Below, one piece after another: positions 1 to 11,920 of a stretch of DNA of 64,000 bases (its first letter is position 1; each line of letters opens with the position of its first letter). The translations under genes and the position numbers were made by a program. This DNA is from Epithemia pelagica. Its lineage: Eukaryota; Protista; Bacillariophyta. The stretch lies in assembly GCA_946965045.2 (NCBI GenBank), contig OX337241.1, positions 124,001 to 188,000 on the forward strand, read 5' to 3'. Under the pieces are notes generated by a model. The model searched no databases. It was not told the origin of the DNA and saw nothing but the letters and a program-made list of their open reading frames with translations.

Positions 1-17
1 CTCATCATCATTCATCA

Positions 18-770
18 GTGACGGAAGATTCTCTGGATGCAACGACCACCATGGCATCCTCCTCCACCGACTCGTTGTCGTCGTCGTCCAAAACCGCCAA
101 AGACAGACCATCGATTGTCCAACGGTGTACCAGTCCGTTTCGATCCTCCACAACAACAAGAACAACAACGACCAAAGCCACATCTTCTCCTCCTAGCTCT
201 GCAACGTCCATGACCTCTACGACGAATACGGCGACTGACAAATCGTGTGACAAGCAACAACCACCACTTGTCCAGCGACGATGTACCAGTCCTTTTCGAT
301 CCGAGTCTACTGCTACTACTAGTAGTAGCACTACCACCAATACTACGACAAAGAATCAAGAAACCGTCACGGGCAATCCGACCTTGGACAAGCACTTGCG
401 CAAGGCTCGCAAGGCTGGTGCCTCGGCCAAGTCGTTGCAACGAGCGGCCAACTTGGCCCATTGTGTGGGGTTGAAAACACGGGCGGCCAAATTGCAGCGC
501 ACGGCCCAAGTGGCCGAATTGGCCGGTCGGTTTGCCCATGCCGCCGATCACAATCCGTACGTCAAGCAAGCCTTACAACAACCGCTCGTGCAAACCTTGG
601 TGGCATGTACCGGCAAAACCGCCGTCAAACTCATGGTGCCCAAGAATACCACCACGACCAGCAGCAGCAAAAAGACAGCTTCTTCTTCTCCGCGACGCTC
701 TCGACAATCGTCCTCGTCGTCCTCGAGCTGGACCGGTACGTTCTTTCCAACCACCACCACCGCCAAATAA
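18..770 (+). CDS. Hypothetical Ser/Thr-rich protein (may be 5'-truncated by the window edge)
   Basis: 250-aa ORF. Low-complexity N-half with an internal repeat VQR(R)CTSPFRS twice, and a helical Ala/Lys-rich core. No recognised domain. Confidence 0.35.
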   Translation: MTEDSLDATTTMASSSTDSLSSSSKTAKDRPSIVQRCTSPFRSSTTTRTTTTKATSSPPSSATSMTSTTNTATDKSCDKQQPPLVQRRCTSPFRSESTATTSSSTTTNTTTKNQETVTGNPTLDKHLRKARKAGASAKSLQRAANLAHCVGLKTRAAKLQRTAQVAELAGRFAHAADHNPYVKQALQQPLVQTLVACTGKTAVKLMVPKNTTTTSSSKKTASSSPRRSRQSSSSSSSWTGTFFPTTTTAK

Positions 771-2478
771 AGAGAGAGAGAGGCAAAAGGACACGACAGA
801 TATGGTTGGTTCTTGTGGCATGTGGATCGCGGTCCATGCTAGAATTGTATCTATTGCGTGGTCGTCCGCGTCTCTGGAAACGTAGAGCCGGTCCAGGCTG
901 CACATACACACACAAAGGTCTGTGGTGGACATATTCCTGTTTCCTGGTGTCTTCCTGGACCTTGCGGCAGTGTGTGGACCAATGATATGGGAATGATGAT
1001 TGTCCTTCTTTGCTTCATTGGAACACAAAATAGGAATAATGATGGATTGTCCAAAGCAGTATTGGTCGCGGAGAAACAACAAACGACGGCCTCTGGTCAC
1101 GAAACGTATGGTACATCTCTCTCATGAGAGAAACTGCAGGGCTGCCCAGTCGGCCAACAAAACGATTGGTAGATAACGTTGGAATGGCTTTCTTCAACAA
1201 CAGAATGATGTCCGATCCCCATCTCCTATTATTACTACTACGGCTTGTCCAGCAGAGTCGCTACTATACTATAGAAAGGATTCCACCCCATTCGTCTGTG
1301 CTTTCAGTGGCCGATCCACTCGTACCTTATCAGCTTCCTACAAGCGCGAGGTGCGTGGCCGAACGGCATGGATGGAACCTCCATCCCAACTCTTTTCGGC
1401 ACGGTTGTGCAGAGAGCAACTGTTGTATCCGAGAGAAAGAGTGTCTGTTTGTGTCACCCAATGCTTTGGTTCTCACGAGCCTCCACTAGAGAGAGCGACG
1501 AAACCACTAGAGGGAACGGGAATAACTACAGAGTTAAAAAATAATGTGTTGACTCATTACGTAATTGCCAAGTTTGACAAGTCGAACAATACGAAATCCT
1601 AGTCACGCAGCGAACGGCCAACTGAAGTTAGGTTTTGACGTGTGTCAGAAGGGCAAACATTGACATTCATCCATCTGTCCCAAGACGAGACTTGCGCGCT
1701 GCTGATAGTGTGACAGCAGGAGAAGATGGTTCGATTACACAACCAACATTGGAGCGCCATACACGGGTAGAGAGACCACAACATCTGGAGGTGATGATTT
1801 GTAGGACACTTTGGTTGACAATGTTTGCTTGGATACTATCAACAGATGGTCCAGAACGACTACGTCAATCGTCCAGGATTCGCAGTTCGCAGGTGGGCCA
1901 TTCGAACCAATTGTCGTCCCCCCAACACAAAAAGACGCACTTCTCGGAAAACAATGGTGTTGGGAGTTGATAGATCTTCCAACTTTGAAGATCTGCAGAG
2001 GGTTGCCATCCGGATCAGTCGATGACGATTGTGACAATGCCTGTTCGCGATCGTGACGAAGTGGCGCATGAGTTCTGCCTCTTCGTATTTGTACTTTGAC
2101 GGCATAGCAATGCTAGTGAGCAGTCTGTCCTTCGTCCGCTTTCCGGTACTGGAACTGAACTCAGAGAAACGAGCCGCCGAAGCCTACAATAGCTCGATGG
2201 AATGCATCGATTACTTATTCAAGTTCAAGTCGACACCCAGAAATCGTACTGTTCTCTTCGCCATGATGATATCTAATCGATTATCGGTTATTGCGGTTCT
2301 CATTTCCATTTTGGACCACGTCGACCCAAACTGGCTTCGCTGCGGCTGATGACTTCCTTCACATTTTTTGGAGAGAATGGATTGGAAATTGGAAAGTGGG
2401 ATCAACAATGTCATTACCTTTCTATCCACGATATTGAAACTTGAAACCTCTCTCGCACGTTATTTCTATGGAGTTTCC

Positions 2479-3024
2479 ATGAACAAACCAAAAGTTTCTT
2501 CGAGAATGTGCCTCCATTCCCTGTCACCATCGTCATCGCAGCCCTTGGGAGCAGCCACGAAAGAGTTGCAACGAATATCATCGCGAAAACGCAAATACAA
2601 CCACCATCCTCTGACACAAGCCCTGCTGGAGCAACGGCAGTCATCCACTCAATGCCTCGACCTGAACGATTTGTATCGCAGTCTTCACGAAACAGACGAA
2701 AGTACTTCCATCACAAACCGGGAGCCCTTACCATCTCTTTCCTGGAGCTTTCTGTCGGATGATGAAGAAGAAGACGAAGATCATGATGATGATGAAGCCA
2801 ATGACAAGTACTCGGTGATTAAACCAAAGCTTTCATGCCGAGACTCTTTGCGACAAGCCCATGTCTGTGATGATATCAAACCCTTTCGAAACAACAAGCG
2901 TCGTCGCACCAAACCCCTGGCCCGGTCCAAATCCTTTGTCGTGGGACTCTCTTCTCTGGATCGCGAAGACGATCCTCTCTTGTTGAGAATGCAACATTCC
3001 TACTGGCCCTATCCATGTCACTAG
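2479..3024 (+). CDS. Hypothetical protein with acidic tract
   Basis: ATG at 2479 in the 2368-3024 ORF. Basic RKRK/RRR segments and a DDEEEDEDHDDD tract. No domain recognised. Confidence 0.4.
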   Translation: MNKPKVSSRMCLHSLSPSSSQPLGAATKELQRISSRKRKYNHHPLTQALLEQRQSSTQCLDLNDLYRSLHETDESTSITNREPLPSLSWSFLSDDEEEDEDHDDDEANDKYSVIKPKLSCRDSLRQAHVCDDIKPFRNNKRRRTKPLARSKSFVVGLSSLDREDDPLLLRMQHSYWPYPCH

Positions 3025-4883
3025 GTAGCGTTGTGGCTCTCTCATTCTGCTTCATATCTTGTACAAAAAGAACGGCGGCGATGGACCCGCTCAAGCTCGG
3101 CCAAATCTCTCTTGTACAGCACTGTTGAAACCACCTCCCCCGGTTGGCCTTTCTATACATCAAATGTACAAAGGCTGTGTGGCTGACCATACCGGTGGAG
3201 AACTAGGCCCAAATGTGTTTTTTCCTATTATACAGTTTCATATACTATAGATGAAAGATATTGTATACTTGTTCAATCCAACTAGGAGTAATACTAGTTA
3301 CATCATACACTGTGGAAAGTTGATTCAAAGTCTCCCTTGCCTCGTCCTAACTTGTTGTTTCTGCTCCTCCTGACTCGCTCCCCAGACTAGATTTTTTCCG
3401 CGTCCTTGAGTGAGTGGCTGTTCCATGATGAGAGAGCGAACAGAGACGGGGTAAGCTTTGTATCAAACAACATGATTGGAGTACTGCTCTCATTGCTATT
3501 CATGCCTCCATAAAGGAGGGAGTGCCTAGACTCCTAGAGAATACTTTACTATTGGGATCGTGAAGAGGCGATTTGAGATCTAAAACGGTATTGCAAGCCG
3601 ACGAATACCAAACTCATGAAGAAGTAAATTCATAAAGAGTAAGAGATACTGATCCAGGCAGACTTCGACAATATCCATGATCCTTGTTCCGTGTCACGTT
3701 TCATTCGAGATAGCATACAGCCCAAGAGGCCACCAGGGAGCAATGATACGGTCTAGAGAATTAGGCTTTCTCTGGAAAGAGGGCCAGCTGCGGTCCGAAC
3801 CATGACAGCCCCAAGAACAAATCATTCTACTGGCAAAAGGCATTGTTCGCCTCCCTCATTGCGTCCATCATGCGATTGCAAAAGGTTCTCTTCTGTTCCT
3901 TGGCCATGCGTGTGTTTTCATGAGAAAATACCAGATGATATGCATTTTGAGTTACCAGTGGTCAATGTTGTGTCATGCCCACATGATGATGTATGGAACG
4001 GAATCGTAGAAAGTTCGAAATCAGAACAGAACAAGTGGGCATTCGATTGCCATCCCATGCAAACAGAAACCTTTTTGTGTTCTCTTGTTTGTGGGACTGC
4101 CATTTGGGAACAGATGGTTCGCTTCGATCAAATTTCCAAAAAAATGAGAAGCATCCCATCAAAGACCAGTCGTTCATGCATCATTCTTTGGGGCGTCATT
4201 GGAGTTTCTTCAAATTCGTGTCGGGTAGCCCTTCCGAACTTTGAATCGTTCTGGTGCTAGCGTCGATGCTCCTGTCGATTAAATTCTGAGACTCGAGGCA
4301 TTCTTGCCCATTGTTTGTATTGTATGGGCCATTGAGGGCATGCAGCGGCTTCGAGGAAGATCTGTGTGAACAAAATAATAAAATCATGGTCCGATTTGGC
4401 TTCTCCCGTTTTCTGTTTCTCGCGAGTCCCGATGAGACATCAAGCGGACACGAAATAACAGCGCAAGGATTCGTGACTGACTACACATGGAAAAGACTGT
4501 ACTATCATAATCTTTATAATCTTTCTATGTGGCTATAGGCCTTGTTGCGACCCCACAGGCCGATACCATACACGGTATTCCTACCTGGTTTTGCAATTGC
4601 TTTCTCTTCCTTGCGTTCGACTCCTCCGCTCTTGTGGCGAAAGATACAATGCCAGTATGGAGGACTTGGTCAAAGCATGGCAAGATCCTCAGTAGTCCAA
4701 TGACGCCTGTTTGGATCTACTGTGTGTGGTGCTTTGCATCGACTGGTGTTACAATCCTTTTGAACGTTTTAACAACAAGAAAGGTATCATTGACCCCTTA
4801 CTATATTCGACTTTCCCAATTTGCTAAGTATATAAAGACAGCAACCATTCATTCGAACAACAGTTGCCCAACAATCACGTCAT

Positions 4884-7800
4884 TCAGGACGCTTCATACC
4901 CCTCCTCCTCCTCTTCCTCTTCCTCTTCTTCTTCTTCTTCTTCTTCTTCTTCTTCGACCAAGGCTGCCTCGTATCGACGCCTTGACTTGGACTTGTGTTG
5001 TTCCTTGGCCAGTTGTCGGTGAGCCGCCAATTTGGATTTGGATATACACAGTCGAGGACGACGACGACAAGGAGCGGCGCTCCGGTCCTCCACATTGGCA
5101 CTCGTTGTATCGACACTCCCAGAAGAGGACGACAGTTGGGGTGAAGAAGAATGCATGGCGAAGGAACTGGACGCCTTTAACATGGCATCACTGTCATCCT
5201 GTAAAGCAACGGATTCATGCGTCAAGGGCGATGGCTGCGTCGTAGCTTTCATCGTGTCTTGTTGTGTGCTCAATTGGCTTGGTGACACTGGATTGGTAGG
5301 CAAATTGCAACTCCGGTTTGTTTCTTCGTCATGGGACTGTAGTTCGTCCACAACATGAACATCTTGATTGGAATCCGACGATTGGTTGGATAGTTGTTGG
5401 ACTTCTACACTTGTTGAGGACGAGGAGGAGAGTATTGGATCCACAGGCTTCCCCTCTGTCGGATCGTCTCCTTGTTTTCGTTTTCTCTTTTTGGTGTTCT
5501 TCCATAGCCGTTGGGTCTCCTGGTCCGTCGCCCTTTTGTGGTTCTTGTCCATTGGTCGTTTGGACATGGGTGTCGTTTTGCTCTTGCTGTTGTTGTGTGG
5601 CAGGACGCTGGACTTGTTGTTTTTCGTTGCGTGTTTGCTTGTCTTGTTGGTACTGGGAGGTCTCACTACACATTGAATGGGATCACCATCCGAATCCAAC
5701 AAGGTTGCATTGGTACCATCAAACCAATATTCCTTGGCGTCTTGTCGACATGGTACGTTGGAGGATGGACCGTCCTCTCTCGGTTGCGTTGTTGTTCTTG
5801 TCGTCGTCGTTGACGGCCGCACAAGGGTATAATGCTTATCAGGTTCGGCTCCTTCCCAGGAAAAGCCCTTGGGTTGGGTCGGATCGACTGGATACAGGAT
5901 CAAGACTTTGCCATCCATGGGTCGTTCAAATATTTGCACCAAAAAATACCGAGCCGGGTCGTGTGGTGGTGAAACAACAACGGCGGCTTCATCCTCCCGT
6001 GTCTCTGGTTGTGAGTGTTGGTCGTCGTTATCATCGTCGTTGGGCCAATACACATGCAAGTGGGGCACCGACACTTGGACAAAATCTCCACACAAGAGGG
6101 GTGGAACCCCACTTGGTTGTTCGTGGTCACCGTCCTGGCTGTTACTGGATCCCGGTGGTTGTGGCGGCGACGGTGACGGCGGCAACCCACTTTGGACGGC
6201 ACTGGTTTCTCGACTGCCCAGGACATTGTAAAAGCAGAGCAATTCATTGCGGGCCGTTTCTTCAATCAATTGCCAATCTTGTTGCCGGGTACTCATATCC
6301 AATTCCATGCGGGCCACAAAGGCCGTAAAGGCATCCCAGGTATAATGCAAGGCCCAATTGCGACAGGTGCGCACCGCCTTGGGTGTGACGGCATTGCCAC
6401 CCCGTCGGATATACCGATACAACTGATAGAGCAAATAGCGACGGGCGGCCGTATCCATGCCCACTTGACGCCAGAGCAATTGGACCAAACGACCACACAA
6501 AAAGACGGACGAATATTGTGTATCGGGATCGTATTCGGCCACGACCGGAGGAGCCGACGTGGTTTCGGGAGTTGTAGGTAGATCTTTGTTATTATTGTTG
6601 TCCTTCTCCTGCTCCTCTTCGTTTCGTTGGTGCACGGGTTGTCGGTGGTGCGGTGATGATGATTCTCGAGACTTGTTACGGGAGGGTCGTGGCCAGGCGG
6701 AAAAAAAGAGGACGGCCCGAAACTCGGTCGAGGCCGGTCCCGCATGGACCATGCTCCCAGGCAAGGACAAGAGTGTTCCAACGGGGTACGACGACAAACT
6801 GTCGTCGTCATTGTCATCGTTGCCTCCCGGAATCACTGCGTCGTGAGAATGAGAAGGCGCGTCACTGGTGTTCGTGGTCGGGTGGTCGTCGTCATTGTCC
6901 TTGCGGTGGTGGTGGTTAGAGGCCGGCTTCTTTTGGACAAAATCTTCTTCAGGCAACAAGACGGTACCATACCCTCGAATCAAGGTTTGTGCATCCTTGC
7001 TGTGACACAAGGCTTGGACCAAGGACGGTGGGACACCCCGTTCCAAAGGATGTGGACAGAAATCTCCTTGTCCTGGTCGTCGTTGTAGTGGTGGTTGGTG
7101 ATTGTCGTCCTTGTTGTCATTTGTCGTTGTTGTAGTTCGATTCGTCGTGCTGTGGTTGTAATAGACATGATCGTAGGCATTGGCTCGTTCCCAGGCGTGG
7201 AGCAATTGCGGAATGGTCGAGAGAGGACAAGTAGTAGTAGTTCCCAGGAGTGTGGGATACCAAATGGTTCCGGGACTGGCCGTGACGAGCAATCCACATT
7301 GATGATTGGGATACAAGACATCAATGTGCGGTGCTTGTGCTTCGACCGTCCCATAGGTGAGAATGAGGGAAAAATTGCCAAACTTGTATTTGTTGCAAGT
7401 CAAGCGTGGATCGCGGTGCGCTTGGGCCTGTGCATAGTCCATCAAACACTGCTTGGTGTCGGTCGGGTCCAAGCCGTGGCGGCGCAATAAGGAATCCAAA
7501 CAGGCCGTGCCCTTGATGAGTTGGCTGGTCGTCGTTGTTGTTTTATTTTTCTTGTTGGTGTTGTTGCTGTTGTTCAAAGTAGACGATTGTTGATGAACGG
7601 GTTGACAAAAGATTTCGTATCGATTGGCTTGAATCATGCGCACCGATTCCGGTGTGGTGCCGTTCCAGTGTTCCATCCACTGATCCAAAAACAATTGCGT
7701 CGATCGTTTCGGCAAGACGTCCTTGCCCAAAAACTCCAACAAGTGCAATGCCTTTTCATGATGCTGTTCGTGTTGTTGTTGTTGTTGTTGTGGACAAGGA

Positions 7801-7994
7801 TGATTGTCCATTCTTAGAGGCGGAAGAATCACCTTCATGCCACCACGAGTCCACTCTTTCGTGTCCTCCTCCTCCACCTCTTGGGTGTTATTAGCCGATA
7901 ATAATGACTCATCACTCCTGGAAACGGTGGCCACCATTGGCAGGGCCGTGGTCCAGTCATTATCATGGTCGTCGTCACTTGGACCACCGTTCAT
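4884..7994 (-). CDS. Large protein with a putative Fe(II)/2-oxoglutarate dioxygenase (PhyH/cupin-like) domain and acidic C-terminus
   Basis: 1036-aa ORF. HxD motif (APHIDV) and a distal GTLLSLPGSMVHAGP...RAVLFF beta-strand motif supplying the third His and an Arg. Poly-Glu tail encoded by a GAA/GAG repeat. Confidence 0.65.
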   Translation of the reverse strand: MNGGPSDDDHDNDWTTALPMVATVSRSDESLLSANNTQEVEEEDTKEWTRGGMKVILPPLRMDNHPCPQQQQQQHEQHHEKALHLLEFLGKDVLPKRSTQLFLDQWMEHWNGTTPESVRMIQANRYEIFCQPVHQQSSTLNNSNNTNKKNKTTTTTSQLIKGTACLDSLLRRHGLDPTDTKQCLMDYAQAQAHRDPRLTCNKYKFGNFSLILTYGTVEAQAPHIDVLYPNHQCGLLVTASPGTIWYPTLLGTTTTCPLSTIPQLLHAWERANAYDHVYYNHSTTNRTTTTTNDNKDDNHQPPLQRRPGQGDFCPHPLERGVPPSLVQALCHSKDAQTLIRGYGTVLLPEEDFVQKKPASNHHHRKDNDDDHPTTNTSDAPSHSHDAVIPGGNDDNDDDSLSSYPVGTLLSLPGSMVHAGPASTEFRAVLFFSAWPRPSRNKSRESSSPHHRQPVHQRNEEEQEKDNNNNKDLPTTPETTSAPPVVAEYDPDTQYSSVFLCGRLVQLLWRQVGMDTAARRYLLYQLYRYIRRGGNAVTPKAVRTCRNWALHYTWDAFTAFVARMELDMSTRQQDWQLIEETARNELLCFYNVLGSRETSAVQSGLPPSPSPPQPPGSSNSQDGDHEQPSGVPPLLCGDFVQVSVPHLHVYWPNDDDNDDQHSQPETREDEAAVVVSPPHDPARYFLVQIFERPMDGKVLILYPVDPTQPKGFSWEGAEPDKHYTLVRPSTTTTRTTTQPREDGPSSNVPCRQDAKEYWFDGTNATLLDSDGDPIQCVVRPPSTNKTSKHATKNNKSSVLPHNNSKSKTTPMSKRPMDKNHKRATDQETQRLWKNTKKRKRKQGDDPTEGKPVDPILSSSSSTSVEVQQLSNQSSDSNQDVHVVDELQSHDEETNRSCNLPTNPVSPSQLSTQQDTMKATTQPSPLTHESVALQDDSDAMLKASSSFAMHSSSPQLSSSSGSVDTTSANVEDRSAAPCRRRPRLCISKSKLAAHRQLAKEQHKSKSRRRYEAALVEEEEEEEEEEEEEEEEEEGYEAS

Positions 7995-8155
7995 GGTTCA
8001 AAGGTGCACACAAGTCGTTGTCACTCTCAATCCAAAACAAGCAAGCAAGCCAGAATGCGAATTCATTCATTTATCCAACTGCAGAGTAGGTAGGCTTCTC
8101 ATTCCATCCTCAGGTACACAACATGTCGAACGGACTCTAGTTTGTGTCTTGTGGT

Positions 8156-8306
<151 letters not shown>

Positions 8307-9481
8307 CTCGAACCAATCTAGTCTCCTGCCTTGTCTTGGTTTGGACAAAGTGTTATCGATCTGTGATCCAGTGCGTTCGCGGCACAATTAGATAGGGGCA
8401 GTAGTGCATAGCAAAATTCGATAGAACATGGAGATGCCAAAGATATACCTCCTCTCTTTCCCAAAAAATAATCCCCAGTCCCTAAGAAGACGCTTGAACT
8501 CCCATGATAACTGCGACTCAAACCATCTCGCGTAGGAGTATCACAATCAGCTAGACGCAATAATTTGCTATTTAGAGTACTCCTGCTACTCATAATATAT
8601 GTCTATTATGTCTCGGAGCATACACTCAATCCCTATCCTATGCAAAAGGTATCAAACGATTGGATCCTTGACCACACACAATGACGACGTGATGGAGAGT
8701 AGCCTAACCCAGAACGCTGCATAGGTCGAAAATTAGAAGGCCAACGTCAAGGAAACGACTGGAAGCTGGCACCAAAGGCACCTTGCACCTTGCACCATGA
8801 TCTCCAATCTCGCTACTGTAGGATTGCGACGCGCTTTTCACTTTCAAGTTTCAAGTACCTTACGGTACAGGCATCTGAAATCTGAATCCCTGACATATCT
8901 CAAGGGCGAAGAATGAAGAATGCACATCGATCGAGGATCATATTAGTAGTATTAGTAGTAGAGCCAATCATTATTATTTTTTGATGGTCGGATCTCGGAT
9001 CGCCATGACAGTTTCCCATCAGACGCTGTGTTACAAGTTACAACATACAACATACACACATTATGTGCGCAAGATGATGATGTGCGCAAGATCATGGATC
9101 ATCTATCATCTCAAATCAGAACATACGGACGCACCACACACACACCACACACACAAGACAGGACGGACATGTCCAATTCGATCCTCCTAGCGATTTCATA
9201 ATGGCTGCTATTCGTGGAGGTAGGGAATCAATCTGGAGCCTCTTCTAGAGGAGTAGTAGAAGGAGAAGAATGCGTGTCGTGTCTCTCGGTGCCGAGAGTA
9301 CTACCAGGCATTGAGGTTTTATTAGGATTTGTGTATGATCGAAGTAGTCTAGCAGCAGAAGAGAGCTCCAGCATAGGGATGCTCTAGTAGTGAGATGGAG
9401 GAGGATGGAGGTCTCCAAATGTTCTTCTACTAGGTAGTACAGTTTGAGACTTGTTTCGTTCTATCGCCATGTGTATTACTA

Positions 9482-11920
9482 TTACACTTTGGAATTCTCT
9501 GGCTGGGTGCTGGCATTCGACGACGATTGTTCTGGTTCTTGCTCTTGGCCCGGTCGATCCAGTTTGGGATCGCCATAATCCACCGGATGGTACCAGGCGG
9601 GCAATGGTCCATGTGCTTGATACCGTTGTCTCGGGGTGGATGGCTGGCCCTTTTGGGTCTTGTCATTCTCATTGTCGTCCTCGTCGTCATGGACCGAACT
9701 GGCTTGTGGCAAGGCATAATCGTACACCAATTCTTCATTGCACACATCGCGTCGACTCAACAATCCCATGCCATGCATAATCAAGGGACTGCCGGAATGA
9801 TAAAAGGCCGTCTTCCAGGTCGGATCTTGCACATAGGTATTGGGAATGTACCGGGACAGCGACGATTGGGATGGATTGGTCGTCCCTGGTTGTGGTGTTT
9901 GTGCTTGTGCTTGTTGGTTTTTCCATTCTTGATTGGCCTTTTGAATGGCGGACTGGGAATAATTGACGAGAATGGATTGGGTATTGGGCCATCCCTGGGC
10001 CGGTGGATGATTGGCCATGTGGGCCAGGGCCCAGGGATTGCACGATCCGGGTTCCGTCAGAACCGTCACGGGCGATTGTCGAGAATCAATCAAGTAATGA
10101 TCAAAGCGCAAACTGGTCAAGTACTCGTGTGTCTTGTCCGTAATGGACGAACCTTTCTTGGTGGTGGGAGATGCTCCGTCGGGCGATTGCAAATACTCCA
10201 AGGCGGCCAAGGATTCTTGTTCTTGCAATTCTTCCGCCGTCGGTTCCTCATTGTCATTGTTCTGGTCCTGCCGTTTGTGGTGGTGTTGCTGTTGCTGTCG
10301 TTGTTGCAAGGCCCGTTGTTGGGCGGCTGCGGCCGCCACGGTGGCATCCGTCAACAATTCGCGCGTCCACACCGGTCCGGGTTGAAAGGCCACGAGACTG
10401 CCCACGGGAGCCGTCCCATCGACAAAAATCCCCCGTCCCACCGGTGTGTTGGTACTGCTATCCAAGGTGGATCGCAAACACAAAATGGAATAGCCCAATG
10501 CTTGGCGAATCAGAGCCGATCGACAGAGATTGCGGGTTTGATGCATCCGCAACAGGTGCAAGTTGGACGAAGACGGCGACGACGACGAATGGTCTTGCGG
10601 GTCGTCGTCATCGTCATGCTTGTGGTGGTCGTCATCCGTGTCGGTCATCCACGGCATGCCAAAATAATCCAAGGCATGTTGTTGTTGTGGTGATTGGGAT
10701 TGGGTACTGACGGCGTCGTCGTTGGATTGGTCGTAGGTCAATCCATGATAGTCCAACACTTGTTCCAGGGCCCCCACTTTGGTTTCCAAAAAGGCCAATT
10801 GGGATGCCACCAAGGCACTCCATTGCTGCCGCGTCGCAGCCGGAATGGTGGTGGTTGTGGAGGACTCAGGAGCATCCTCGTTCGCTTCTTGTTCTTCTTC
10901 TTCTTGTGGTTGTTCCAATAGGATTTGTTGTTGACGTTTTGTCTGGTTCCATACTTGAATCGTATACTCGTGTTCGGATCGTAAAATATCGTGCCATTGT
11001 TGTTGTTGTTCTTGTTCCGCCTCGTCGGCTGGTTGTTCTTGTAGCTGCTGGTCGTTATTGTCGTTGTCGGGTTGTTCTGGTTCGGGTCGTTTTGGTGACA
11101 CTTGCAACAATCCCAATTGGTCATCGACTTGCGCCCATGTCACGAGCAATTGGACGAGTTGCGGATCCATGACATGTTCGACCGATCCTCGCAAATGACC
11201 ATTGGGTTTGCGATCCAATTGGCCCCAATAGGCTTCCACTTCGGTTTGCGCTTGTTGAAACAAGGTGGCATCATGTGTCAGCGACAAGAGCAGGCCGGAC
11301 AAGGATGCCAGTGGGGCAGCATGATTGTCGTCCGTGTCATTCGTGTCGCTCGATTGTGCTAGTGCTTGTTCTGGTGCTTGGTTCAGTTGTTTCTTGTGTT
11401 CGTTCAATCGAATGGCCCGGACTTGCATGGCCATCAAGGCAAAGTAGAGATAACGTCGTTCCAATTGCAAATCAAAATCCTCTTCATGTTCACGTCCAAA
11501 CAAGACATTGATCAAGATTCGCCAATAACTTTGTTCCTTGGGTGCCCGAATGGCAGTTGCAGGACGGGTCGTGTGATACAGGCGTCGTTGAAATGGTGGT
11601 CGTCCATGAATCAAGGAACAAGATCGAGAAGAAAAAGAGCAAGCGTTGGAGGAGTAGGAGGAGTATGGCCCGAATGAGCATGATGACGGTGACAAGGAGG
11701 AGGATGGGTGGTGATAGTCTTGTTGGCGGGAGGAACAACCACTGGTCGTCATTCTTCGATCGTGACTTGTTGTCGTGGTCATTGTCGTGGTCGTGATTGG
11801 TTGGTACTGCCACGAAACAGAGGAGGAGGAGCATGTCATTTGCCGCCGATACGAGCACCACTGCAACGACGATGACGACGACAATGGCGGCTGCCTCCAC
11901 ACATTCAGAATCCTCTTCAT
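9482..11920 (-). CDS. SET-domain protein (SETD9-like) with a probable organelle (mitochondrial) presequence
   Basis: Motifs GRGIFVDG..G.LVAFQPG, NPWALAHMANHPP and ELVYDY are SET signatures. Likely start MKRILNVWR at 11920, followed by an Arg/Ser-rich, acid-poor N-terminus (the ORF extends to 12172). Confidence 0.72.
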   Translation of the reverse strand: MKRILNVWRQPPLSSSSSLQWCSYRRQMTCSSSSVSWQYQPITTTTMTTTTSHDRRMTTSGCSSRQQDYHHPSSSLSPSSCSFGPYSSYSSNACSFSSRSCSLIHGRPPFQRRLYHTTRPATAIRAPKEQSYWRILINVLFGREHEEDFDLQLERRYLYFALMAMQVRAIRLNEHKKQLNQAPEQALAQSSDTNDTDDNHAAPLASLSGLLLSLTHDATLFQQAQTEVEAYWGQLDRKPNGHLRGSVEHVMDPQLVQLLVTWAQVDDQLGLLQVSPKRPEPEQPDNDNNDQQLQEQPADEAEQEQQQQWHDILRSEHEYTIQVWNQTKRQQQILLEQPQEEEEQEANEDAPESSTTTTIPAATRQQWSALVASQLAFLETKVGALEQVLDYHGLTYDQSNDDAVSTQSQSPQQQHALDYFGMPWMTDTDDDHHKHDDDDDPQDHSSSSPSSSNLHLLRMHQTRNLCRSALIRQALGYSILCLRSTLDSSTNTPVGRGIFVDGTAPVGSLVAFQPGPVWTRELLTDATVAAAAAQQRALQQRQQQQHHHKRQDQNNDNEEPTAEELQEQESLAALEYLQSPDGASPTTKKGSSITDKTHEYLTSLRFDHYLIDSRQSPVTVLTEPGSCNPWALAHMANHPPAQGWPNTQSILVNYSQSAIQKANQEWKNQQAQAQTPQPGTTNPSQSSLSRYIPNTYVQDPTWKTAFYHSGSPLIMHGMGLLSRRDVCNEELVYDYALPQASSVHDDEDDNENDKTQKGQPSTPRQRYQAHGPLPAWYHPVDYGDPKLDRPGQEQEPEQSSSNASTQPENSKV

